DNA of 59,155 bases, the filler included. It is 7 parts of 7 records of this genome, joined end to end, with 100 filler letters (N's around TTAATTAATTAA, not from the genome) between each part and the next. Parts side by side here need not be neighbours in the genome. Positions count along the whole stretch, not along the records: positions 1 to 9,412 come from SRR31147125_20564; positions 9,513 to 16,033 come from SRR31147125_20586; 5 more parts are not named here. One strand, 5' to 3'. The notes under the pieces were generated by a model. The model saw only the letters and a program-made list of their open reading frames with translations, had not been told where the DNA came from and made no database searches. The translations under genes were made by a program, and so were the position numbers. Positions 1-9,581 of this stretch are shown here, piece after piece (position 1 is the first letter of the stretch; the number at the start of each line of letters is the position of its first letter).

Positions 1-3000
1 GGTGAACCTGATCTGCCAGCCCTGGACCCAGGCGCGGCGGGGTTTGACGAAGAATACGCTGATTTCACCGTTGACCTTGATTGGATGCCGCGTACTGTCC
101 TGCTGGCGAAGTCGACCTATGTCTGGCTGGCGCAGCTGTCGAAAAAATATCGCACCGAGATCAGGCGACTGGACCAGATTCCCGATGCTGAACTGGATGA
201 GATGGCGAACAGCGGGTTCACCAGCCTGTGGCTGATCGGCATTTGGGAGCGCTCGGCGGCGTCCCTCAAGATCAAGAACCTGTGCGGTCAGCACCAGGTC
301 GCGGCTTCGGCCTATGCTATCGATGATTACCGGATCGCGGCCGATCTTGGCGGTGATGATGCATTCAACCATCTGCGCAACCGCTGCCAGGCAAGAGGAC
401 TCGACCTGGCCTGCGACGTGGTCACCAACCATACCGGCGTTGAATCGGCCCTGCTGCGTGAGCATCCGGACTGGTTTGTTCAGCTGCCTCACCCGCCCTA
501 TCCGGGATACAATTTCACTGGGCCGGATCTGAGTCAAGACCCCGAGTACAAGATCCAGATCGAAGATGGTTACTTCGATCACAGTGAAGCGGCCGTCGTC
601 TGCCGCTATCAGCACCGCCACAGCGGTGAGGTGCGCTACATCTACCATGGCAATGACGGAACGCACCTTCCTTGGAATGACACCGCTCAGCTGAACTACC
701 TTCTGCCCCAGGTGCGCGAGGCGATGATCCAACTGATCATTTCTGTCGCCCAGCGCTTCCGGATCATCCGTTTTGATGCGGCCATGACCCTGGCCAAACG
801 CCACTTCCAGCGGCTCTGGTACCCACTTCCGGGAGGCGGAGAAGGGGTCCCGTCACGGGCGGATCATGCCATGGAACGGGAGACGTTTGAGCGTCTGTTC
901 CCGGTTGAGTTCTGGCGTGAACTGGTCGATCGCATCCGTAGTGAAGCTCCCGATACCCTGTTGGTGGCGGAAGCTTTCTGGTTGATGGAGGGATACTTCG
1001 TCCGTACTCTCGGGATGCACCGGGTTTACAACAGTGCGTTCATGAACATGCTTAAACGGGAGGAGAACGGGAAGTATCGTCAGACGATCAAGAACATTCT
1101 CGTCTTTGACCCGGCGATTCTGCAGCGCTTCGTCAACTTTATGAGTAACCCGGACGAAAAACCAGCGGTCGAGCAGTTTGGTGATGGTGACAAATACTTC
1201 TGTGTTGCCACCCTGCTGGCGACCATGCCGGGCCTGCCGATGATCGGTCATGGTCAGGTTGAAGGGTTCCATGAAAAATATGGCATGGAGTACCTGGCTC
1301 CCCGGTGGGACGAGGATGCCAATCAGGAGCTGATCGAAGGTCACAAACGGACCATTTTCCCGCTGCTGAGGCAACGGGCTCTTTTCAGCGGGGCGAGTCG
1401 CTTTCAGTTGTATGATTTTGAATCCGCCTATGGCAGTGAAGAGAACGTTTTTGCCTACAGTAACGGGCTCGATGAACAGACCGTCCTGATCCTGTGTAAC
1501 AATTCGTCAAATGAGATCAAAGGCCGCGTCGGTACCGCCGTGCCCATGGCGGACAAAGAGGGGATCGACATGATCTCGGCCTGCCGGATCGATTGTTCGA
1601 GCGATTTTGTCCTGATGAAGGATCTCGGGCACGGAGGACACTCACTGCAACCTGCTGATGATTTGAGAACCGGCGGCCACTTCTCTCTACAGGCTTATGA
1701 ACATCGTGTTATGGGTCAATTTCTCGGTCTGGACGACTATGATGGGCGCTGGTACGAGCTGTGGCAGCGACATGGCAACGCGATCCGTGGAAACCTGTAT
1801 CTCGATCGTGACGCGCTCTTACTGGAAGAGGCCTGGTCGGTGCTTGGACCGTTGTTGTCTCTTCCCCGTCCGGAGCGCGCTTTATTGAAGATCAGGCCGG
1901 CGATGGAAGAGCTTGGCAACCTGCACCGGGATCCAGAACTCAGTATGCTTCCGGCGGAATATCTTCTGGAACTGTTCATTCACACTCTCTTTGCCGCCCA
2001 CCGGTTGGACAACGGTCTTTACGATGAGCTGGCTGGACACCTGGCCGATTGTTCCTTTGTCGACCCGGAGTTGCAATTCAACCTGTTTGAACGGATTTTC
2101 ACCCAGCGGGATTTCCGCCCGATGCTCGGTTGCCACTACCATAACGGAAACGACTGGTTTTCACAGGAACGCTTTGCTGAGTTCTGCCTGCTGATGGTTC
2201 ATTTCCGCTTGCTTCTGGCATGCCGGGATCTGCTGGATGCTGGTATGAGTCTCACTGAGCGTGCTGTTCTGCTCCTGAAAGGGGTCGCACGCTTGAAGCG
2301 TCTGGCTGAAAAGTGCGGGTATCAGGTTGATGCTTTTTTGAAGGATCTGGACCCGAAACGCGTGGATGAAAAGCCGATTCCGGTGAAAAAATCGGGATTG
2401 AAGATTCTTTTTGTTGCCTCCGAGGCGACCCCGTTCGCTAAAACGGGAGGGCTGGCTGATGTCGTAGGGTCCCTGCCGAGAGCGTTGCGGGAACTGGGGC
2501 ACGATGTCCGGGTCATGATGCCGAATCACAGATCCGCACGTCAGGTAGACGCAAGACCGGTAAAAGCGGATCAGAGCGTCGAGGTTTGGCTGGATGGCGT
2601 TGGGTATCGTGGCAGCCTGAAAGAATCGGTCTATGATGGTGTGCCGTACTGGTTTGTTGACACCCCGAATTTTTACGACCGCAGCGATCTTTATGGCACC
2701 GCTCACGGAGATTATCCCGATAATGCCCTGCGTTTCGGTTTCTTTGCCATGGCGGCGCTGGAACTGATCCGCAAGGACGATTTTAAACCAGACCTGATTC
2801 ACCTGCACGATTGGCAGGCTGGTCTGATCCCCGCATTGTTGAAGACCCGCTACGCCGGGCAGCCATTTTACGAGGACATCAAAACATTACTGACGATCCA
2901 TAACCTGGGTTATCAGGGGCGCTTCCCGTCCCGGATAATGGGCGAGCTGGAATTGCCGGGCGAACTGAACTCACCGGACGCTCTGGAATATTTCGGCAGC

Positions 3001-3867
3001 CTTTCCTTCCTGAAGGGCGGGATTACCCTGTCGGATATGATCAATACAGTGTCCCCGAGCTATTGCAATGAAGTTCAGGAACCGGTCCACGGCCACGGGT
3101 TTGATGGCCTGCTGCGCTCACGCCGGGAGAATCTGGTCGGCATTATTAACGGTCTGGATGATCGTCTCTGGAACCCGCAGTCCGATCCGTATTTGAAGGC
3201 GCAGTACGGAGCCGATCAACTGCGCGGCAAGACAGTGTGTAAAAAGGCCCTGCAAAAAGAGCTTGGCCTGGATGAGGCCAGTGATAAGCCGTTGATTGCC
3301 GTTGTCAGTCGCCTTGATCCACAAAAGGGGATCGACCTGATTGAGGCGCTCTGGCCGCAGCTGATGGATCGCGACCTTCAGTTCGTTCTGCTCGGTTCAG
3401 GGAGCGAGGAGCAGATGCGCTTCTGGCAGCAACAGCAGCAGGCGCAGCCGGGCAAGGTGTCGATCAACCTGACCTTTAATGAAGGGTTGTCACACCGGCT
3501 CTACGCGGCTGCTGATCTGCTCCTGGTCCCGAGCCGCTACGAACCGTGCGGATTGACCCAGATGATCGCCCTGACCTATGGAGCCCTGCCGGTGGTCCGG
3601 CGCACGGGTGGGCTTGCAGACAGTGTGATCGATGTTGACGCCTTCCCGAAGGACGGCTACGGATTTGTTTTTGACCCGGTTGATGCCGGGGCTCTGCTCG
3701 CAGCGATCGATCGTGGATTATCTCTGTATGGACAGCGGCGGAAGTGGCTGCAGGTCGTGCGTCGTGGGATGGCGGTCGATTTCAGCTGGGGTAACTCGGC
3801 CCGGCAGTATCAGGACCTGTATCGGCAGCTGGTTGAAAAGAGATCTGAAAAGCTAAAAGAAAGCTAG
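1..3867 (+). CDS. glgA: GH13 alpha-amylase-family domain fused to C-terminal glycogen synthase (GT5); 5'-truncated by the window edge
   Basis: Frame 1 is open from base 1 (GEPDLPALDPG...DWMPR). GH13 motifs: DVVTNH, RFDAAM (nucleophile), VAEAFW (acid/base), NPDE. From ~2398 GlgA motifs: KILFVASEATPFAKTGGLADV, HLHDWQ, TIHNLGYQG, PSRYEPCGLTQM, RRTGGLAD. Confidence 0.9.
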   Translation, partial: GEPDLPALDPGAAGFDEEYADFTVDLDWMPRTVLLAKSTYVWLAQLSKKYRTEIRRLDQIPDAELDEMANSGFTSLWLIGIWERSAASLKIKNLCGQHQVAASAYAIDDYRIAADLGGDDAFNHLRNRCQARGLDLACDVVTNHTGVESALLREHPDWFVQLPHPPYPGYNFTGPDLSQDPEYKIQIEDGYFDHSEAAVVCRYQHRHSGEVRYIYHGNDGTHLPWNDTAQLNYLLPQVREAMIQLIISVAQRFRIIRFDAAMTLAKRHFQRLWYPLPGGGEGVPSRADHAMERETFERLFPVEFWRELVDRIRSEAPDTLLVAEAFWLMEGYFVRTLGMHRVYNSAFMNMLKREENGKYRQTIKNILVFDPAILQRFVNFMSNPDEKPAVEQFGDGDKYFCVATLLATMPGLPMIGHGQVEGFHEKYGMEYLAPRWDEDANQELIEGHKRTIFPLLRQRALFSGASRFQLYDFESAYGSEENVFAYSNGLDEQTVLILCNNSSNEIKGRVGTAVPMADKEGIDMISACRIDCSSDFVLMKDLGHGGHSLQPADDLRTGGHFSLQAYEHRVMGQFLGLDDYDGRWYELWQRHGNAIRGNLYLDRDALLLEEAWSVLGPLLSLPRPERALLKIRPAMEELGNLHRDPELSMLPAEYLLELFIHTLFAAHRLDNGLYDELAGHLADCSFVDPELQFNLFERIFTQRDFRPMLGCHYHNGNDWFSQERFAEFCLLMVHFRLLLACRDLLDAGMSLTERAVLLLKGVARLKRLAEKCGYQVDAFLKDLDPKRVDEKPIPVKKSGLKILFVASEATPFAKTGGLADVVGSLPRALRELGHDVRVMMPNHRSARQVDARPVKADQSVEVWLDGVGYRGSLKESVYDGVPYWFVDTPNFYDRSDLYGTAHGDYPDNALRFGFFAMAALELIRKDDFKPDLIHLHDWQAGLIPALLKTRYAGQPFYEDIKTLLTIHNLGYQGRFPSRIMGELELPGELNSPDALEYFGSLSFLKGGITLSDMINTVSPSYCNEVQEPVHGHGFDGLLRSRRENLVGIINGLDDRLWNPQSDPYLKAQYGADQLRGKTVCKKALQKELGLDEASDKPLIAVVSRLDPQKGIDLIEALWPQLMDRDLQFVLLGSGSEEQMRFWQQQQQAQPGKVSINLTFNEGLSHRLYAAADLLLVPSRYEPCGLTQMIALTYGALPVVRRTGGLADSVIDVDAFPKDGYGFVFDPVDAGALLAAIDRGLSLYGQRRKWLQVVRRGMAVDFSWGNSARQYQDLYRQLVEKRSEKLKES

Positions 3868-4024
3868 CCACGAAGACACGAAGAACACCCGAAAAGCATT
3901 TTTTTATGGAAAAAAGCAAAGGCATTTCTTTTAACCACAGAGCCACGGAGGCACAGAGAAAATCAAAGCCCTTTTCAGGTTTTAAAACCAAAAAAATCTT
4001 TGTGCTCTTTGAGTCTTAGTGGCT
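3866..4024. repeat. Intergenic inverted-repeat element of the CCACAGAG/CACGAAG (GxxExxY-associated, REP-like) type
   Basis: Left arm AGCCACGAAGACACGAAGAACAC (3866-3888) pairs with GTGCTCTTTGAGTCTTAGTGGCT (4002-4024) at 19/23 positions; a second arm ACCACAGAGCCACGGAGGCACAGAG starts near 3934. Confidence 0.65.
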
Positions 4025-4077
4025 CCCGGTTTTGGTTCCGAAAGTAAGCAATAACGTTCATCTGTCAGGAGGCTTGC

Positions 4078-5133
4078 GTGATGAAAGCGATGCTTCTGGA
4101 AAATCTTTGCAACCTCGAGACAGAGCGGGAACCGCTGCGTTTAACAGACGTTTCTGCTCCGGATGCAGGTGCCGGAGAGGTTCGCATCCGGGTCACGGTC
4201 TGTGGCGTCTGTCATACGGAACTGGATGAAATTGAAGGCCGGACCCCGCCACCACACTTCCCTGTTATTCCCGGTCATCAAGCTGTTGGACAGATCGATC
4301 AGGTCGGTGCAGGGGTCTCCTCCGAACGGCTTGGCGAACGCGTTGGAGTGGCCTGGATCTATTCCGCCTGCGGGACTTGCCGCTGGTGTCGTCAGGGGTT
4401 GGAAAATCTCTGCCCGGACTTTCGTGCGACCGGGCGCGATGCGGATGGGGGCTACGCCGAGTCTATGGTCGTTCCGGCTCCCTTTGCTCACCCAATCCCG
4501 GAGGCGTTCAGTGACGCCGAGGCCGCGCCACTGCTGTGTGCCGGGGCTATCGGGTATCGCTCCTTGATGTTGTCGCGTCTGGAATCGGGCGGCCCTCTCG
4601 GACTGACCGGGTTCGGGGCGTCGGCGCACCTGGTGTTGAAGCTGGCCCGTCATCGCTATCCCGATGTGCCGGTTTATGTCTTCGACCGCAGTGAAAAGGA
4701 GCGACACTTTGCCCTTGAGCTTGGCGCTTCCTGGGTCGGGGGGAGCGAAGATGAACCACCGGAGCCGCTTGAATCGATCATCGATACGACCCCGGCCTGG
4801 CTGCCGATTCTTTCCGCTCTACGCTTTTTGATGCCGGGTGGCCGACTGGTGATCAACGCCATCCGCAAAGAGAGCCGGGACAGCAATCTTTTATCCAGCC
4901 TTGATTACCCCGAACAGTTGTGGATGGAGAAGGAGATCAAAAGCGTCGCCAATGTCACCCGCGATGATGTGCGTGAATTCCTGGCCCTGGCGGCTGATAT
5001 TCCGATTCATCCCGTCTACGAAGAATTCGATTTGAGCGATGCGAACCGGGCGTTGCTCGAGCTTAAGGAACGCAAGATCCGTGGCGCTAAGGTTTTGCGG
5101 ATCTCTGAGGAAGAGAAAATTCATGTATCGTGA
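4078..5133 (+). CDS. Zinc-dependent alcohol dehydrogenase family protein (MDR, AdhP/CAD-like)
   Basis: GVCHTE, PGHQ, structural-zinc cluster CGTCRWCRQGLENLC, APLLCAGAIGY, GFGASA; GGAGG RBS upstream. Confidence 0.9.
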   Translation: MMKAMLLENLCNLETEREPLRLTDVSAPDAGAGEVRIRVTVCGVCHTELDEIEGRTPPPHFPVIPGHQAVGQIDQVGAGVSSERLGERVGVAWIYSACGTCRWCRQGLENLCPDFRATGRDADGGYAESMVVPAPFAHPIPEAFSDAEAAPLLCAGAIGYRSLMLSRLESGGPLGLTGFGASAHLVLKLARHRYPDVPVYVFDRSEKERHFALELGASWVGGSEDEPPEPLESIIDTTPAWLPILSALRFLMPGGRLVINAIRKESRDSNLLSSLDYPEQLWMEKEIKSVANVTRDDVREFLALAADIPIHPVYEEFDLSDANRALLELKERKIRGAKVLRISEEEKIHVS

Positions 5134-6145
5134 TGCTCTTCTTTATAAGAAGCTTTCAGATAGCAGGGCCCAATGCCTTTTGTGTGCGCATCGCTGTGTG
5201 ATCGTCGCCGGGGGTAAGGGGATCTGTCAGGTGCGGGAGAATCGGAACGGTCAGCTGGTGACGCTGGTCTACGGGCGTTCGATTAGCCGTAACGTCGACC
5301 CGATCGAGAAAAAACCGCTCAATCATTTTTATCCCGGAAGTCGTTCCTTCTCAATCGCGACGCCGGGCTGTAACCTTCGCTGCACCTGGTGTCAGAACTG
5401 GGAAATCTCGCAGATGCCTTGCCAGCAGCATCTTCTGGCCGGTCATGAACTGCCACCACAGGATGTTGTTTCTCAGGCGCGGGAGACGGGGTGCCGTTCG
5501 ATTGCTTATACCTATACCGAGCCGACGATATTTTTTGAATACAGTTACGACACGGCCCGACTGGCCCGTGAAGCAGGGCTGGCGAATGTCTACGTCAGCA
5601 ACGGTTATATGTCGCCGGAGATGCTCGAATTGTTTCACCCCTGGCTGGATGCAGCCAATATCGACCTGAAAGCGTTTCGTGATGAGACCTACCGGATGTA
5701 TGCCGGGGGACGGTTGCAGCCGGTCCTCGATAATTTAAAACGGATTCGGGCTTATGGTGTCTGGCTTGAGGTGACAACGCTGCTTATTCCCGGGGTGAAT
5801 GACGATCCTCAGGAGCTAAGAGATCTGGCCGATTTTATCAGTTGTGAGTTGGGGGCGGAGACACCCTGGCACATCAGCCGTTTTTTTCCTCAGTTCAAGA
5901 TGACAACGACGCCGCTGACATCACCGGAGACGTTGATCAGGGCTGCGGAGATTGGTGCAGAGGCGGGTCTGAAATATATATACCTGGGAAATCTGCGCGC
6001 TCGGACGGAGACCTGCTGTTCATCGTGCGGGGCTTTGTTGATCGTACGTGAAGGGTTTCAGCTGGTGAGCAACCGGGTCGATTCACAAAGCAGGTGCCCT
6101 GATTGTGCAGCGCTGATTGCCGGCGTGGGGATGGGGCTCCCGTAG
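5123..6145 (+). CDS. amrS: AmmeMemoRadiSam system radical SAM enzyme
   Basis: N-terminal CLLCAHRC...GICQVR, DPIEKKPLNHFYPG, radical SAM CNLRCTWCQN, AYTYTEP, WHISRFFP, C-terminal CxxC pairs. Likely start ATG 5123 overlaps the ADH 3' end. Confidence 0.88.
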   Translation: MYRDALLYKKLSDSRAQCLLCAHRCVIVAGGKGICQVRENRNGQLVTLVYGRSISRNVDPIEKKPLNHFYPGSRSFSIATPGCNLRCTWCQNWEISQMPCQQHLLAGHELPPQDVVSQARETGCRSIAYTYTEPTIFFEYSYDTARLAREAGLANVYVSNGYMSPEMLELFHPWLDAANIDLKAFRDETYRMYAGGRLQPVLDNLKRIRAYGVWLEVTTLLIPGVNDDPQELRDLADFISCELGAETPWHISRFFPQFKMTTTPLTSPETLIRAAEIGAEAGLKYIYLGNLRARTETCCSSCGALLIVREGFQLVSNRVDSQSRCPDCAALIAGVGMGLP

Positions 6146-6157
6146 GTCTGCTGAGGG

Positions 6158-6451
6158 TCAGGTCTTTTTCAGTGTCTGGAGGTAGTCCTCCCACTCCAGC
6201 GGAAGCAGGTTTTTCTTCCTGTTGTTGCAATCTTTACAGGCCGGAACACAGTTCCCCTTTGTGCTGCGACCGCCGCGGGCAACAGGAACAATATGGTCGA
6301 GGGTTAGTTCCTTCGGCGGGACCTGTGCGCCACAATAATGACAGACACCCTTTGCAATCCTGCTCTGCCACCAACCCTGCTTGCGCAGAGCTCGTGCTTT
6401 CTCACGTTCTTTGCGGATCTGCTGTTCATCAACGTCGAAGAATAAATCCAT
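6158..6451 (-). CDS. Small HNH endonuclease family protein
   Basis: CHYCG...LTLDHIVPVARGG...NCVPACKDCNNRK. Confidence 0.88.
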   Translation of the reverse strand: MDLFFDVDEQQIRKEREKARALRKQGWWQSRIAKGVCHYCGAQVPPKELTLDHIVPVARGGRSTKGNCVPACKDCNNRKKNLLPLEWEDYLQTLKKT

Positions 6452-6559
6452 GATATTGTCCCTGTTTGCCTGAAGAGCGAATTATTGCACATTTTTGCGA
6501 TTTATGCGATGTTGCTAGATTGTTGATTCTCGAAAAAGGGACTCTGGAAGAGATAACTT

Positions 6560-7915
6560 ATGAAAATCCTTATCGTTGGCTCCGGTCAGGTCGGTTATTT
6601 CCTGTGTGACCGGTTGTCATGTGAAGGGCATGAAGTCACCCTCGTCGATCGTGACGAGGAGACGGTAGAACGAGCCCAGGATCGTTTGAATGTCATGGGT
6701 ATTGTCGGCAACGGTGCCAGCGCCGAGGTGCTGGAACAGGCCGGAATTAAAAGTGCTGACATTTTCATCGCCGTCACCAATATGGACGAGGTGAACATTC
6801 TTGCCTGCCTCCTGGCCCGCGAGTACGAAGTCGGGGTTCTGGTCGCCCGTACCAAAAACATCGAATATACCAGCAGCAAAGCGGTCCTTTCCAAAGAGAA
6901 ACTCGGGATTGACCTTCTGATCAACCCGGACGATGCCGTTGCCGAGGAACTGTCAAAGCTTGCCTGTGATTCAAAGGCTTTTGACGTTGCTGAATTTGCC
7001 GAAGGGCAGATTCTGTTCCAGGGCTACCGGATCGAGCCGGAAAGCCCGTTGTGTGATCTGACTCTGGCCGAATTGGGTGAACTGCGCGGTATGTATCGCT
7101 TTGTGGTCGTGGCGATCAGCCGGGGCAATAAAACCATAATTCCGCACGGTGAGGATACGATTCAGGCCGGCGACAGGATTTATATCTTCGCGCCACAGCA
7201 GGAGCTTCCGGCCATTAATTATCTACTTCAGGCCGAACAGAAAGCGGAACGACCGAACCGTCGTGCATTCATCCTTGGAGGTAGCCGGATCGGGGAGCAG
7301 GTAGCGCAGAATATCGAGAAGCTGCATTACCACGCCAAACTGATCGAGAAGGATGAAGACCGCTGTTACAAACTGGCGGAGACGTTGAATAAGACGGTGG
7401 TCATCAATGCGGAAGGCCTGGATGTCCCGACCCTTGTGGATGAGGGTCTACCTGAGGCGGACGTCTTCATTGCCGTGACGGAGAATGATCAGACCAATAT
7501 TCTGACCTGTCTTCTCGACCGCCAACATCAGGTTAAGCGGACCCTGGCACTTGTCAGTCAGCCGGAACTGATCGGCCTGGCGGCAGACCTCGGGATCGAC
7601 GCCTGTATCTCCCCACGACTTGCGGCGGCCGGTGCCATCCTCAAGTTTGTTCGACGCGGTGATATCATTTCTCTGACAGCGGTTGAGGGGAGTAATTCTG
7701 AAGTTATTGAGATCGAGATCAAGAAGGAGAGCGGACTGCTCGATACGCCTCTGAAGGATCTTCATTTTCCTCGAGGGGCGATCATTGGTGCGATTGTACG
7801 GGGCTCTGAATATGAAATCCCGACTGGTGACAGCCAACTGAACGAAGGGGATCGTGTCGTGATTTTCACCCTTCCGGAAGCGCTGCAGAAAGTGGAAAGG
7901 TTTTTGCCTGAATGA
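6560..7915 (+). CDS. trkA: Trk system potassium uptake protein TrkA
   Basis: Two RCK_N/RCK_C pairs (GSGQVG; GGSRIG), 451 aa, directly upstream of trkH. Confidence 0.95.
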   Translation: MKILIVGSGQVGYFLCDRLSCEGHEVTLVDRDEETVERAQDRLNVMGIVGNGASAEVLEQAGIKSADIFIAVTNMDEVNILACLLAREYEVGVLVARTKNIEYTSSKAVLSKEKLGIDLLINPDDAVAEELSKLACDSKAFDVAEFAEGQILFQGYRIEPESPLCDLTLAELGELRGMYRFVVVAISRGNKTIIPHGEDTIQAGDRIYIFAPQQELPAINYLLQAEQKAERPNRRAFILGGSRIGEQVAQNIEKLHYHAKLIEKDEDRCYKLAETLNKTVVINAEGLDVPTLVDEGLPEADVFIAVTENDQTNILTCLLDRQHQVKRTLALVSQPELIGLAADLGIDACISPRLAAAGAILKFVRRGDIISLTAVEGSNSEVIEIEIKKESGLLDTPLKDLHFPRGAIIGAIVRGSEYEIPTGDSQLNEGDRVVIFTLPEALQKVERFLPE

Positions 7916-9357
7916 ATCTGCTTCTGACGCTGCGCATCCTTGGGGCGCTGCTGTTGTTCCTGGCCGCGACCCTGCTTGCCCCGCTCCCGTTTTCTTTCTA
8001 TTTTGACGATGGTGCCTGGACGGCGTTTCTCCTGTCGGCTGTCATCTGTGTCGCTGTTGGTGGTTTTCTGTTCCTCTGTTGCCGCAGCAACAAAGACCTT
8101 TCTCTGCGGGAAGGCTTTGCTGTCGTTACCTTTGGCTGGACCGTCTTTGCCGTTTTCGGAGCTCTTCCGTACCTGCTCTCCGGAGCGATTTCTTCGCCGC
8201 TTGATGCCATTTTTGAGACTATGAGCGGGTTTACCACGACGGGGTCGACGATTCTGACAGACATTGAATGTCTGCCGAAAAGCCTGCTTTTCTGGCGTTC
8301 GCTGACCCATTGGCTGGGAGGGATGGGGATCATTGTCCTGTCGCTGGCGATCCTGCCGATGCTCGGTGTCGGAGGGATGCAGCTGTTCAAAGCCGAGGTT
8401 CCCGGCCCGACAGCTGACCGCTTGAAGCCGCGTATCCAGGATACCGCCAAGATGCTCTGGGGCGTCTATTTCATGCTGACAGTGTTTGAAACAGTCCTTC
8501 TGCTCTTTGGTGGGATGCCCTTCTTTGATGCCCTGTGCCATTCCTTTGCAACTCTGGCAACCGGCGGGTTTTCTACCCGGAATGCGTCGATTGCCGCCTA
8601 TGACAGCAGTTACATCGATCTGGTGATCACCTTGTTCATGATCCTTGCAGGAGTGAACTTTGCTCTGCATTTTCAGGTTCTTCGTGGACGGGTGAATGAT
8701 TTTTTCCGCAGTGAAGAACTTCGCGTTTACCTGGGCATCATCGGCGTTTCCACTGTCGTGGTCATGCTGTTTAACTGGAGCGGATCCATTTACCAAGGGC
8801 TTTGGGAAAATTTCAGGTATTCATTGTTTCAGGTGTCATCGATCATCACAACGACCGGATTCGGGACGGCTGACTATGAACTGTGGCCTGTTGTCGCCCA
8901 GTATCTTCTGGTCATGTTGATGTTCGTTGGTGGTTGTGCTGGTTCGACCGGTGGCGGGATGAAGGTTGCCCGTATTCTGCTGCTGTTCAAACATGCCCAG
9001 ACGCAGGTTTTCAGATTGATCCATCCACGGGCGGTACGCCTTGTGAAGCTTGGCAATCGGCCTGTCGATAAAGAGGTGATGCAGGCGATTCTCGGTTTTT
9101 TTGCGCTGTTTATCGGTGTTTTTGTTGTTGGATCTTTGCTTGTCGCGGCTTCGGGAATGGATCTGGTGTCCGCAGGCGCCGCAGTGATCGCCTGTCTGGC
9201 GAATATCGGTCCGGGGCTGGGAAGCGTCGGACCGGTTGATAACTTTGCCCATGTCCCCGCGTTTGGGAAGACCGTCCTCGTGGTCTGTATGCTGATGGGA
9301 CGTCTGGAACTGTTTACTGTTCTGGTTCTGTTCTTCCCGTCATTCTGGCGGAAATAA
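7912..9357 (+). CDS. trkH: Trk system potassium uptake membrane protein TrkH
   Basis: FETMSGFTTTG, WLGGMGII, ATGGFS, TTTGFGT, GGCAGSTGGGMK, NIGPGLG, GRLE; ATGA overlap with trkA. Confidence 0.95.
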   Translation: MNLLLTLRILGALLLFLAATLLAPLPFSFYFDDGAWTAFLLSAVICVAVGGFLFLCCRSNKDLSLREGFAVVTFGWTVFAVFGALPYLLSGAISSPLDAIFETMSGFTTTGSTILTDIECLPKSLLFWRSLTHWLGGMGIIVLSLAILPMLGVGGMQLFKAEVPGPTADRLKPRIQDTAKMLWGVYFMLTVFETVLLLFGGMPFFDALCHSFATLATGGFSTRNASIAAYDSSYIDLVITLFMILAGVNFALHFQVLRGRVNDFFRSEELRVYLGIIGVSTVVVMLFNWSGSIYQGLWENFRYSLFQVSSIITTTGFGTADYELWPVVAQYLLVMLMFVGGCAGSTGGGMKVARILLLFKHAQTQVFRLIHPRAVRLVKLGNRPVDKEVMQAILGFFALFIGVFVVGSLLVAASGMDLVSAGAAVIACLANIGPGLGSVGPVDNFAHVPAFGKTVLVVCMLMGRLELFTVLVLFFPSFWRK

Positions 9358-9373
9358 ACAAACTTTATATGAA

Positions 9374-9405
9374 AAGCCCCCATCGCAGCTAAGCGATGGG
9401 GGCTT
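9374..9405. terminator. Intrinsic terminator hairpin after trkH
   Basis: Perfect 13-bp stem AAGCCCCCATCGC / GCGATGGGGGCTT; the A-tract on the left fits termination of a convergent transcript better. Confidence 0.7.
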
Positions 9406-9412
9406 CCCCCTC

Positions 9413-9512
9413 NNNNNNNNNNNNNNNNNNNNNNNNNNNNNNNNNNNNNNNNNNNNTTAATTAATTAANNNNNNNNNNNNNNNNNNNNNNNNNNNNNNNN
9501 NNNNNNNNNNNN
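9413..9512. other. Artificial contig spacer (N44-TTAATTAATTAA-N44)
   Basis: N runs flank a 12-mer with stops in all six frames; base composition changes abruptly across it. Confidence 0.99.
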
Positions 9513-9581
9513 TGTATTACCTATTATTAATATGTTAAAATGAATTGATATTTATGCATGCACTAAACATTATAAGAAAGG

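Noticed and set aside
6158..6451. HNH gene as a mobile homing endonuclease or defence nuclease
   Set aside because: No intron/intein context, flanking repeats or partner genes; composition matches the contig and it resembles a common stand-alone small HNH family.
7448..9383. Long minus-strand ORFs (e.g. 7762-8796, 344 aa; 8874-9383)
   Set aside because: Antisense shadows of trkA/trkH with no recognisable motifs, as expected in GC-rich coding DNA.
9457..9468. TTAATTAATTAA as a biological repeat
   Set aside because: Identical 12-mer centred in N runs at all six junctions; an assembly linker.
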